Source of the DNA: Synechocystis sp. PCC 6803 substr. PCC-P
Lineage (GTDB): Bacteria > Cyanobacteriota > Cyanobacteriia > Cyanobacteriales > Microcystaceae
Assembly (NCBI RefSeq): GCF_000284455.1
Contig: NC_017039.1
Coordinates: forward strand, 2,160,001-2,192,000
Direction of reading: 5' to 3'
DNA: 32,000 bases
Part shown: in pieces, positions 10,192 to 18,839 of the stretch
Layout: each line of letters starts with the position of its first letter
Position numbering within the stretch: position 1 is the first letter of the stretch
Position numbers and translations under genes: made by a program
Notes under the pieces: generated by a model
What the model was told of the DNA's origin: nothing
Database searches by the model: none
What the model saw: only the letters and a program-made list of their open reading frames with translations

Positions 10192-10926
10192 ATGAAACTA
10201 TTATCAAGTGGGCAGTTAGTTGCCGGTGTATTATTCAGTGGGGTGGCTGGTTTTATCGATGCGGCTAGCTTTTTAGGGCTCAATGGTCTGTTCACTTCCC
10301 ACATCACAGGAAATCTGGTCATTGCCGCAACGGAAATAATTGGGGTAGGGGGAGAAGCCCTTTGGGTGAGGATTGCAGTCATTCCAGTTTTTATGTTTGC
10401 GGTACTCCTAACCACCGTTCTTGCCCGTCGCCATCAACTACGTTTAGCCTATTTAATCAGTTTAGAAACTTTAGTTTTATTACTATTTACAATCAGTGCC
10501 GTTGCCTTGGATCCACCTCACCATAAATCGGTTAATAACTTACCATTGTTTGTGACTGGTTCTTTGGGAGTATTTTCCATGGGCATGCAAAATGCACTAA
10601 TGCGGGAATCTTTGGGACACATTGCCCCTACTACTGCCATGACCAATAACCTAACTCAGTTCACCATGGATTTGGCATTGACTAGCAGCTTACAAAGTCA
10701 TGCTCAACTACAACTATCCCTTCAAGATCTTGATGCTTCCCGCACCAGATTAATTAAATTTGGTAGCTCCTTGCTTGGATTTACCGTCGGTGCTATCTGC
10801 GGTGGAGTATTAACCGCTAAGTTTGGCTTAATTTCCCTATGTTTTCCCCTGACGTTGATGATATTTTTATCGTTTAAAGTGGAGTTTGTCTTTGGAAATA
10901 ATCGCCTTGACGACAAGATAAAATAA
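10192..10926 (+). CDS. DUF1275/YoaK-family membrane protein
   Basis: 244 aa, hydrophobic throughout; N-terminus GFIDAASFLGLNGLFTSHITGNLV and internal GMQNALMRE are typical of DUF1275 proteins. Confidence 0.85.
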   Translation: MKLLSSGQLVAGVLFSGVAGFIDAASFLGLNGLFTSHITGNLVIAATEIIGVGGEALWVRIAVIPVFMFAVLLTTVLARRHQLRLAYLISLETLVLLLFTISAVALDPPHHKSVNNLPLFVTGSLGVFSMGMQNALMRESLGHIAPTTAMTNNLTQFTMDLALTSSLQSHAQLQLSLQDLDASRTRLIKFGSSLLGFTVGAICGGVLTAKFGLISLCFPLTLMIFLSFKVEFVFGNNRLDDKIK

Positions 10927-11023
10927 AAATCTAAAGCAAAGGCCCTGTATGCTATCAAAGAATCAGGATACTGTTCTAATCTCCTAATTCATTAGGATGC
11001 ACCAGTAAAACATAGCTGAAACA

Positions 11024-14000
11024 ATGTCGCCGATCGCCCTCAATTTATTGCAGTCAACCCCCTATCAGGTGGGGGGGAGCTTGGCCGCTAATCATCCCAG
11101 CTACAGTCAACGGGAAGCGGATCGGGAACTATTGGCCCAGTTGCGAGCGGGCAAATTTTGCTATGTGTTCAACTGCCGGCAGATGGGTAAATCTAGCCTG
11201 CGGGTGCGGGCCATGCATCAACTGCAACAGGACGGGGTGGTGTGTGTGTCCATTGACATCACCAGTTTAGGCACCGAAGCTGACCCTCAGAAGTGGTATA
11301 ACGGCATTATTACCCAGCTTTACCTCGGTTTGCCTTTGGCGGGGAAGGTGGCCCTCAAGCCTTGGTTACGGGAGCGGGAACAACTCAGTCCCATTCAAAA
11401 GCTACGGGAATTTGTTGAAACAATCATTCTTCAAACCATTGGCGATCGCCAGATTGTCATTTTTATCGATGAAATTGATAAGGTATTGAGTCTGCCCTTT
11501 TCCCTGGATGACTTTTTTTCCTACATTCGTTTTTGCTATAACCAACGGGCCGATGACCACGAATATAACCGCCTGAGTTTTGCCCTGTTTGGCGTAGCCA
11601 CTCCTTCAGATTTAATTGATAACAAAACCCAAACGCCATTTAACATTGGCCAAGCCATTGCCCTCACGGGTTTTACCCTAACGGAAGCTCTGCCCCTGAG
11701 TGCTGGTTTGCCGGTAGATGAAGTTAGCGCCCGGGAAATTTTGGGGGAAATTTTAGCTTGGACTGGGGGGCAACCCTTTTTAACCCAGAAAGTGTGCGAA
11801 TTGGTGGCAGAAGCTCTACAGAAAGGGGATTTAGATTGCCAATCTCAAACTATTGCCACTACCATTGCCCAACTAATTGAAGAAAAAATTATCCGCCATT
11901 GGGAATCCAACGATGAGCCGGTACACTTTCGCACCATTGGCGATCGCCTATTAAAAGATCAAGCCCGCAGTGGGCAACTGTTGGGGCTGTACCAAGAAAT
12001 TTTGCATAAAGGTGCTATTCCGGCGGACGATAGCGTTGAACAAACGGTGTTGCGACTAACGGGGCTGGTGGTGAAAGTGAAAGGGCAGTTGCGTCCCTAT
12101 AACCCCATTTACCAAGCAATTTTTAACGCCCAATGGGTCAGTAAGGAACTGAACAAACTCCGACCCTATGGCACCAACCTCCAAGCCTGGATCAATTCCA
12201 ATTACCAAGATTCTTCCCGATTACTGCGGGGGGAAGCCCTACGGGAAGCATTGGCTTGGGCCAGTAGCAAAAACCTCAGCGGGGTGGATTACCGCTACCT
12301 CAACGCCAGCCAAAATCAGGAACAGGAAGCTTCCCTCGCTGCCAACCAAATTTTGACTCAAGCCAATGTCAAAGCGAAACGGATGATCAGTTTTGGCATT
12401 GTGGTGCTGATGATGTCCCTGGGGGGCTCGGCGATCGCCTTGAGCCAGGCCTACTTTGCCACCCTCAAACAACAACGGAGTCAACAGGGCACAGAACTCC
12501 AACGCTTAGGCACCAGCGCCCAACGGCAATTTACCTTTGATCAAATTCCTGGTTTGGTCACCGCTTTGGAAGCCGGGAACCAACTTCATCACCTGGTCAA
12601 AGCGGATGAAACCCTTAGTCAATACCCCGCCACCAGTCCCTTGGTAAGTTTGCAACAAATTCTTAGCCAAATTGCCGAAAAAAACGTTTTGACGGGCCAT
12701 CGGGACGGAGTTACCAGCGTAGCCATCAGTTCCCATAAGAATTTGATTGCTTCTGCTTCCCGGGATGGGACAGTGCACCTTTGGACACCCCAGGGGGAAT
12801 TTTTACGGGAATTCACCGGCCACACAGGCAGTATCTACCGGGTGGATTTCTCCCCCAACGGCAAAATTTTCGCCACCGCTGGGCAAGATCAGACGGTCAA
12901 AATTTGGGACCTAGACGGTAATCTGCTCCAAACCCTCAAGGGCCATCAAGATTCTGTTTATAGCGTTAGCTTCAGCCCCGACGGGGAAATCCTTGCGTCC
13001 ACCTCCCGAGACCGCACTGTGCGCCTTTGGCATTGGCGATCGGGTAAGACCTTGGCTGTGTTGGGGGGCCATACTAAATCCGTGGATGACGCCCAATTTA
13101 GCCCTGACGGCCAAACCCTAGTCAGCGTTTGTCGGGACGGACAAATTCGCCTCTGGGATTTAGATGGTAATCTCATCCGTCAGTTTGGCTTACCGGAGGT
13201 GGCTTTTTTTGGAGTTAATTGGCATCCCAATGGCAATCTACTGGCTGTGGCGGCGGACGATGGCACAGTGAGACTGTGGACTCCCCAAGGGGAAATTAAA
13301 GCCACCCTATCGGGCCACGATGAATTTGTTACCAGGGTGGTCTTCACCCCCGATGGCAAACAGTTATTTTCCAGCAGTAGTAATGGCAGTGTCATTCATT
13401 GGTCCACCAGCGGCAAAATGCTGAAAAAGTACCAGGGTTACCCAGAGGCAATTTTTGGTTTGGCCTTGGCTTCCAATGGAGCCCTATTGGCGATCGGTGC
13501 GGAGAATAACTTAGTGAAGGTTTGGGACATGAGCCCAAAGTCCGATTTGGTTAACCTCAATCTGCCCGCTGTACTCGGGGCGGTGGCGGAAAATGCTAAG
13601 ACCAACACCATTGCTTTGGCCATGGAAAATGAGCCCTTAATTTTGTTCAACACAAAGAATAGGAGCCGACAGTTTTTATCCGATGCTAGCCAAAATCTTG
13701 ACCGCCTCAAGTTCAGTGCCGATGGCCAATGGTTATTGGGGCAACGGGGTCGGCAATGGCAACTTTGGCAACTCCAGACTAAATCCCAATTGCTCAAAAC
13801 CTGGAGGACGGATATTAGCCGGGTTTACGACGTAGACCTGCGTACTACTCCCACATCCCCCCAATGGGCGATCGCCATGGCCACCGGGAGCGGAGAGGTG
13901 CAACTTTGGCAGGGGACAAAAAATAACCAGACCAGTGGAAACCAGTCCCAAGGGGTTCCCATTGAATTGAATGACCCCATAGTCCTTGCCTTGGGAAACT

Positions 14001-14599
14001 CCATACAACGGAAAGAACCCATCCGCAGTGTTAGTCTCCACCCGACCTTGCCGCAATTGGCCGCTGGCGATGAACAGGGTAATCTCACCCTCTGGAATTT
14101 TGATGGCACCCTGATTAGAAGTATTGTGGCCCACGGCGATCGCCTCAATCAACTGCAATACAGCCCCAACGGGAAGTATCTGTTAAGCGCTGGGCGGGAA
14201 GGCACCGCCAAAATTTGGAGTGTGGAGGGACAACTATTGCATACCCTAAAAAGTGACCCCCTACCCATTGATCAGATTGCCATCAGTCCCGACAGCCAAT
14301 GGATTGCCACCGCTGCCAGTGACGGCATGGTCAGACTTTGGGACCAACAGGGTAACCTCCGGGGGGAATTTACCAGCACATCAGGTTCGCTATTAGGGCT
14401 AGATTTTAATCGGCAAGGGCAATGGTTGTTAGCCGTGGCCCAAAACGGGGACCTACAAAGTTGGCCCGTCACTCCAGAGAAGGAACGGCTCCGTCAACTA
14501 GTGGAACAGGGTTGTGACTGGTTGAGAGATTACCTAGCCACGGAGAAGCAACCGGCCCAGACCTATTCCCTAGAATTTTGCCAGCCGACAGGAAATTAA
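11024..14599 (+). CDS. AAA-like (AAA_35/STAND-like) NTPase with a TM segment and C-terminal WD40 repeats (slr0143-like)
   Basis: 1191 aa; P-loop NCRQMGKSSL, Walker B-like IVIFIDEID, hydrophobic MISFGIVVLMMSLGGSAIAL, then many WD40 units (LTGHRDGVTSVAISSHKNLIASASRDGTVHLW etc.). Confidence 0.92.
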   Translation: MSPIALNLLQSTPYQVGGSLAANHPSYSQREADRELLAQLRAGKFCYVFNCRQMGKSSLRVRAMHQLQQDGVVCVSIDITSLGTEADPQKWYNGIITQLYLGLPLAGKVALKPWLREREQLSPIQKLREFVETIILQTIGDRQIVIFIDEIDKVLSLPFSLDDFFSYIRFCYNQRADDHEYNRLSFALFGVATPSDLIDNKTQTPFNIGQAIALTGFTLTEALPLSAGLPVDEVSAREILGEILAWTGGQPFLTQKVCELVAEALQKGDLDCQSQTIATTIAQLIEEKIIRHWESNDEPVHFRTIGDRLLKDQARSGQLLGLYQEILHKGAIPADDSVEQTVLRLTGLVVKVKGQLRPYNPIYQAIFNAQWVSKELNKLRPYGTNLQAWINSNYQDSSRLLRGEALREALAWASSKNLSGVDYRYLNASQNQEQEASLAANQILTQANVKAKRMISFGIVVLMMSLGGSAIALSQAYFATLKQQRSQQGTELQRLGTSAQRQFTFDQIPGLVTALEAGNQLHHLVKADETLSQYPATSPLVSLQQILSQIAEKNVLTGHRDGVTSVAISSHKNLIASASRDGTVHLWTPQGEFLREFTGHTGSIYRVDFSPNGKIFATAGQDQTVKIWDLDGNLLQTLKGHQDSVYSVSFSPDGEILASTSRDRTVRLWHWRSGKTLAVLGGHTKSVDDAQFSPDGQTLVSVCRDGQIRLWDLDGNLIRQFGLPEVAFFGVNWHPNGNLLAVAADDGTVRLWTPQGEIKATLSGHDEFVTRVVFTPDGKQLFSSSSNGSVIHWSTSGKMLKKYQGYPEAIFGLALASNGALLAIGAENNLVKVWDMSPKSDLVNLNLPAVLGAVAENAKTNTIALAMENEPLILFNTKNRSRQFLSDASQNLDRLKFSADGQWLLGQRGRQWQLWQLQTKSQLLKTWRTDISRVYDVDLRTTPTSPQWAIAMATGSGEVQLWQGTKNNQTSGNQSQGVPIELNDPIVLALGNSIQRKEPIRSVSLHPTLPQLAAGDEQGNLTLWNFDGTLIRSIVAHGDRLNQLQYSPNGKYLLSAGREGTAKIWSVEGQLLHTLKSDPLPIDQIAISPDSQWIATAASDGMVRLWDQQGNLRGEFTSTSGSLLGLDFNRQGQWLLAVAQNGDLQSWPVTPEKERLRQLVEQGCDWLRDYLATEKQPAQTYSLEFCQPTGN
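12690..14520 (+). repeat. WD40 repeat array, roughly a dozen or more units including degenerate ones
   Basis: Repeated GH...V..V.FSPDG..LAS.S.D.TV.LWD patterns in the translated protein. Confidence 0.85.
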
Positions 14600-14998
14600 T
14601 CGATGTTTTTGTCAATAAAATCAAATCAAACTTAACAATAATTAATGGAGAAATTTTGATTTATCTTTCTCCCCTTGACAACGTTTTGTAACAGAGGTTT
14701 CTCCCGCCTACAAAAGCTATGTAAGAATTAGGGTTAGTTGGAACTTCAACAACAGCTTCGATTATTCTTTGTACTGAATACAAAGTGGATCGGTCATCGG
14801 CGGGACATCAGTCAAATTTTCTCCATTTAGGAAAACAGCCAGTGGTAAGTCAAAATCACTCGACACCGTGAACCCAGGACAGAGCTCTTGATTTTTCACA
14901 GCATTTGCCCGTTTTATCCTGAATCCTTTTTTAACCCATAGATGGGTTACCTGCCAAGCCAAACTGATTTTTTCACCATACCTAAGGGGATGTCGTCC

Positions 14999-15730
14999 AT
15001 GGTTTTAACTTCCATTAGTACATCAAATATTCCGGCTAAGGTCAAAGGATCTAACTTGTTGGAACATAGTTTAAGAAAGGTTCATCCCAGCAAACATCAC
15101 CACTATCAAGTAGAAGACTTCTTTTGTTTTCAAATGAATTCCGGTTCCATTGTGGACTGGAATAACTGCCGCAATGTTCTTACCAGCGAAGATTTTATCG
15201 TCGGTTTAATTGACGGCTTGCAGGAAGAAGTGGGCAACGCCTCCAGTGTGGTGATGTACAACATCGGCAAGGAGTGGGGCCATTACGATGCCGAATTTTT
15301 TAACCAGTGGTTCCCGACGGAATTTGGCTATACCAGTTCTTTGAGCGAGCTCAATCTTAACTATGTGCTAGAAGGTTGGTGGTGGCCCTTCACCGCCCAG
15401 GGCTGGGGTAACTGGGCCATTGACCTCAGTGAACAGAAAAACGGCTTTTTGTTTGTGGATATTTTCGACTCCGCTGTGGCCCGGACGTTGGGGGATGTGG
15501 GTAAGCCTGTTTGCCATATTTACGCTGGCCTGTTGGCAGGTTTCTTTAGCCGCCTGGTGAATAAGTCCCTCAACTGCATTGAAATTCAGTGCTACGCCAT
15601 GGGGGAAACCTATTGCAAGTTTCTGATTGGTAAGCAAGACCGCATTGATGCCGCCACTTTCTGGCAAAACGAAGGGGCCAATGCCAACGATATTGCCACC
15701 AAACTCGTCAAAGGGGAATACCTGAAATGA
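14999..15730 (+). CDS. V4R (4-vinyl reductase)-domain protein (slr0144-like)
   Basis: ORF 14942..15730; the ATG at 14999 follows TAAGGGGA at suitable spacing. The C-terminus PVCHIYAGLLAGFFSRLVNKSLNCIEIQCYAMGETYCKFLIG matches the V4R pattern. Confidence 0.82.
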   Translation: MVLTSISTSNIPAKVKGSNLLEHSLRKVHPSKHHHYQVEDFFCFQMNSGSIVDWNNCRNVLTSEDFIVGLIDGLQEEVGNASSVVMYNIGKEWGHYDAEFFNQWFPTEFGYTSSLSELNLNYVLEGWWWPFTAQGWGNWAIDLSEQKNGFLFVDIFDSAVARTLGDVGKPVCHIYAGLLAGFFSRLVNKSLNCIEIQCYAMGETYCKFLIGKQDRIDAATFWQNEGANANDIATKLVKGEYLK

Positions 15731-16137
15731 TTCATCAAGCCCAGTGGGGGCAAATGAAGGTAGGGGATTTTTTCCGGGGCTACAACTGGCAGGGAGCACC
15801 GCCAGTGCTGGAATGTTCGGTAACGGAAGAAAGTTTGGATAATTTACCTTCTTTGCTCTGTCTGTCGGTGGCGGACTTTTTTACCCAGGCAAATTGGACT
15901 GGTCAGCGCCCCCATGCTCCAGAGGAAAATTTACCGGCCCTACATCGTCCCAAAGCTCCTCCCCGTCCCCTTTCTCTCACTGCTTCGGTGGCGGAATTTT
16001 GTCGGGGCATTGATTGGCATGGGCAAAGTTTATCGAGGGGAACCTTACCCCAGGCTAAGGCCCCAGTCCAGTCCAGGGAACCAGTGGCCAAGCTTGAACC
16101 AACCATCGGCTTGGAAGATCTTTCCGATTTATTTTAA
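15727..16137 (+). CDS. Small protein with three DFF/EFC-x5-W-x-G motifs (slr0145-like)
   Basis: 136 aa; ATG overlaps the previous stop in an ATGA configuration (15727-15730). Repeats: VGDFFRGYNWQG, VADFFTQANWTG, VAEFCRGIDWHG. Confidence 0.85.
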   Translation: MIHQAQWGQMKVGDFFRGYNWQGAPPVLECSVTEESLDNLPSLLCLSVADFFTQANWTGQRPHAPEENLPALHRPKAPPRPLSLTASVAEFCRGIDWHGQSLSRGTLPQAKAPVQSREPVAKLEPTIGLEDLSDLF

Positions 16138-16151
16138 GGACCCGTAAAACT

Positions 16152-16664
16152 ATGCAAAAAGATTTTGAACGGCTTTTTCATCGGGCCGAAGACCACTATC
16201 TCCAACCTCCGGAAATCATTTCCTTTCATAAGCAACTGGGGTTGATGCGGGAACGGTTGAGTGCTTACCGTCTACTCCGGGACAACGAAATTGTCATTTT
16301 TCAGGCGATCGCCGATCGGTTAGAAGAGGAATTTAGCAACGTCCCGGCAACCCAATTACAACAGGCCCTTCTGCACTGGATTAGCGTTTTGCGCTATGGG
16401 GCCATGGCCATGCTCCTCAGTAATCCGGAATATCTCCAATACCGTTTACTGGAATGGCTCGAAGGTATGGTTCAAGCCCACGACCTATTGGCGATCGAAA
16501 TCCGACTATCCGCATTACTCAAGGAACAGTTGGAGTCCCTCTTGGGTGGCCCCCAATACCGTCTCCTAGAACCCTTTCTAGTTCAGGCCGACCAAACCAT
16601 CCTCGGCCAAGCCCCCGCCGCCGTTGCAGAGGAAGAAGCAGAAATGATGACCCTAGGAGAGTAA
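16152..16664 (+). CDS. Phycobiliprotein-like/globin-fold protein lacking the bilin Cys (slr0146-like)
   Basis: 170 aa, all-helical; ERLSAYRLLRDNEIVIFQAIADRLEEEF and LLHWISVLRYGAMAMLLSNPEYL resemble the phycobiliprotein A/B and E helix regions. Confidence 0.7.
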   Translation: MQKDFERLFHRAEDHYLQPPEIISFHKQLGLMRERLSAYRLLRDNEIVIFQAIADRLEEEFSNVPATQLQQALLHWISVLRYGAMAMLLSNPEYLQYRLLEWLEGMVQAHDLLAIEIRLSALLKEQLESLLGGPQYRLLEPFLVQADQTILGQAPAAVAEEEAEMMTLGE

Positions 16665-16666
16665 CC

Positions 16667-17332
16667 ATGATTGATGTCAATGCCCTAATTAATGCCCAAC
16701 CCCCCAAAGGCAACTACTTTGCCCCCGACGTTTACCTCCAAGGAGACAACGAATTTGGCCTTTTGGAAAACCGCAGTGGGGCTCGCCTCATTGCTTTGCC
16801 AGACACCTTAATTAAGGGTTTATTTACGGCCATCGATTCAGAACTCGGCATTGGCGCTGGGGTAGCCCTCACCGCCTGTGGCAAAACCTGGGGCAGTGCT
16901 TTCTACAAACGCTTTGCCGATGAACTCCAGGAGTATTACGGCAAACCCATCCAAGCGATGGAAATGGTGGAATTTCTGCAAACCTTTAAACAGTGCTGGA
17001 AATCCCATGGTTACGGCCTGGTGGACATCGACTTAAAGTACTACCAAAACGGCTTCATTGTCGCTGAAGTGGTCAATTCTCCCTTTGTAGCCTGTGCTCC
17101 CCAGGGTAAATGCCCCATGGGTTTCCTGGAAGCGGGAATTCTCACCGCCTTTTTCTCCCAGTTAACGGGGGAAAACCTCCACTGTGAACAGACCACCTGT
17201 GAATCCCTAGGGGCAGAAAAAAATCTGTTCATCCTCGGTCTCAAGGAACGGCTCAAACCAGTTTCTGCTTGGTTAACAGAAGGCCATGACCATGCCACCA
17301 TTATGGAATTGCTCTGTCGCCAACAGGGTTAA
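16667..17332 (+). CDS. Second V4R-domain protein (slr0147-like)
   Basis: The ORF track starts at 16454, but the ATG at 16667 (MIDVNALINAQPPKGNYF...) sits 2 nt after the previous stop, avoiding overlap. CPMGFLEAGILTAFFSQLTGENLHCEQTTCESLG aligns with the slr0144-like protein. Confidence 0.82.
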   Translation: MIDVNALINAQPPKGNYFAPDVYLQGDNEFGLLENRSGARLIALPDTLIKGLFTAIDSELGIGAGVALTACGKTWGSAFYKRFADELQEYYGKPIQAMEMVEFLQTFKQCWKSHGYGLVDIDLKYYQNGFIVAEVVNSPFVACAPQGKCPMGFLEAGILTAFFSQLTGENLHCEQTTCESLGAEKNLFILGLKERLKPVSAWLTEGHDHATIMELLCRQQG

Positions 17333-17363
17333 TGCCATTGTTGCCAGTACTAAGGAGGATTGT

Positions 17364-17846
17364 GTGGCTAAAACTATTAAGCTCGACCCCATTGATTTAA
17401 AAGTCGCCATCGAGACCAACGATAACCTGCTCTCGGGGTTGCTCGGTCAGGATTTACGGATCATGAAGGAGTGTGGTGGTCGGGGTATGTGTGCCACTTG
17501 TCACGTTTACATCACCGCTGGGATGGAGAGTCTTTCTCCCCTCAACCGTCGGGAGCAGCGCACCCTAGAGGTGATCACCACCCACAATCGTTATTCCCGT
17601 TTGGCTTGCCAAGCCCGGGTGTTGGATGAAGGCGTGGTGGTGGAATTGCCCGCTGGGATGTACGTCAGTGAAATTGAGGACATCGAGGAGCTGATTGGCC
17701 GTCGAGCGGAGGAAAATATTCTCAATCCTCGGGATGGGAGCATCCTAGTGGAAAAAGGTAAGTTAATTACCCGTTCCATGATTAGTCAACTAGATGACCA
17801 GTTACAGGCGGCCAAAATTCAGATTGTCAACGATACCGATGAATAA
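17364..17846 (+). CDS. 2Fe-2S ferredoxin (slr0148-like)
   Basis: GTG at 17364 (VAKTIKLDPIDLKVAIETNDNLL) preceded by AAGGAGG. Cluster motif ECGGRGMCATCHVY...RLACQA. The track start at 17286 overlaps the upstream gene. Confidence 0.88.
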   Translation: MAKTIKLDPIDLKVAIETNDNLLSGLLGQDLRIMKECGGRGMCATCHVYITAGMESLSPLNRREQRTLEVITTHNRYSRLACQARVLDEGVVVELPAGMYVSEIEDIEELIGRRAEENILNPRDGSILVEKGKLITRSMISQLDDQLQAAKIQIVNDTDE

Positions 17847-17899
17847 TTTCCTGGCTGACTGTGGCGGTTTAATGTTTGTTTTTATGAGGATTCTTATTT

Positions 17900-18370
17900 A
17901 TGTTTAAGCCGTTGACTCGTCTCACCATTGATGCGGATGGTCGCTATGCTACGGACCAGGAGTTGCAATTCCTCCAGGACTTTTTAGACACAGCGGAAAC
18001 CCGTATCAGTGCCTACGAAAAAATCCGGGATAGTGAAGAGCAAATTATCCACCGTTGGGAAGCCCAAAAGCGGGGTCTACCCCAGGATACTTTCCACATG
18101 GGCAATCGGGATGTGACGGAAATTTGCCGGCGGGACATGACTAATGTGTTCCGTTGTTCAATTACAGCCATCCTGTTTGGGGATTTGGACCGTCTGCGGG
18201 AGGGTCTATTAATTTGGTATCAGACCATTGTGCGGGCTTACAACTATACTGAATACGCCAAGATTAGCTATAAGGTAATTCAGGAAACCATTAAGGAATT
18301 TCTGGAGCCGGATGAGGTGGCCATGGTGTTACCAGCACTGAAGTTAGACCACACCATTCTTAGTAGTTAA
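17900..18370 (+). CDS. Phycobiliprotein-like protein with conserved bilin-Cys context (slr0149-like)
   Basis: 156 aa; ADGRYATDQELQFLQDFLDTAETRISAYEKIRDSEEQII and VTEICRRDMTNVFRCSITAILFGDLDRL parallel the allophycocyanin ARYLSPGEL...RERII and [23 protein letters not shown] regions. GAGGA RBS upstream. Confidence 0.82.
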   Translation: MFKPLTRLTIDADGRYATDQELQFLQDFLDTAETRISAYEKIRDSEEQIIHRWEAQKRGLPQDTFHMGNRDVTEICRRDMTNVFRCSITAILFGDLDRLREGLLIWYQTIVRAYNYTEYAKISYKVIQETIKEFLEPDEVAMVLPALKLDHTILSS

Positions 18371-18403
18371 TTTGCTAGTTTCAGTCCATTGTTTGGGTCA
18401 TTC

Positions 18404-18715
18404 ATGGGTGCAATTTATTCCGTCAATTTAGTCAATCCAGCTACGGGCAGTGATGTCACCATTGAGGTGGCGGAGGATGAGTTAATTCTAGAAGCGGCGG
18501 AAAATCAGGGATTGGATTTGCCCTATTCCTGTCGGGCAGCTTCCTGTGTGGCCTGTGCCGGTCGTTTGCTGGAGGGGACGGTTGAGCATACGGATAAAGG
18601 CTCCGATTTCCTCAAGCCGGAGGAGTTGGCGGCGGGTTGTGTGTTGCTCTGTGCGGCCTATGCCACTTCTGATTGCAAAATTCTTACTCACCAAGAGGAA
18701 GCGTTGTTTGGTTAG
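18404..18715 (+). CDS. petF: Plant-type 2Fe-2S ferredoxin (slr0150-like)
   Basis: CRAASCVACAGR (C-x4-C-x2-C) with a distal Cys in AAGCVLLCAAY. The internal ATG at 18404 (MGAIYSVNLVNP) is the likely start rather than 18389. Confidence 0.88.
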   Translation: MGAIYSVNLVNPATGSDVTIEVAEDELILEAAENQGLDLPYSCRAASCVACAGRLLEGTVEHTDKGSDFLKPEELAAGCVLLCAAYATSDCKILTHQEEALFG

Positions 18716-18839
18716 GCCCCGGAATGTTAGTCCAGCGGAGTTTTTCCTGAGGATGCCCAAGCTGTTCAAATTACGTTGATGAGTTTTTTTAGCTCTAGCA
18801 ATCTGTGTTTTACCCATTGTCGACAAAGGAATCAGGATT

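Noticed and set aside
12168-14472. Antisense ORFs under the WD40 region
   Set aside because: Consistent with the mirror of repeated WD40 codons; no RBS or family signature.
14762-14962. 66 aa minus-strand ORF in the intergenic DNA upstream of the V4R gene
   Set aside because: No recognisable family or RBS. It overlaps the probable promoter/leader region of the cluster. It would need RNA or peptide evidence.
15368-15799. 143 aa minus-strand ORF across the slr0144/slr0145 junction
   Set aside because: Fully antisense to two supported genes with no family signature.
16454-16666. N-terminal extension of the second V4R ORF
   Set aside because: It overlaps the upstream gene in another frame; the ATG at 16667 is 2 nt after the previous stop and fits better.
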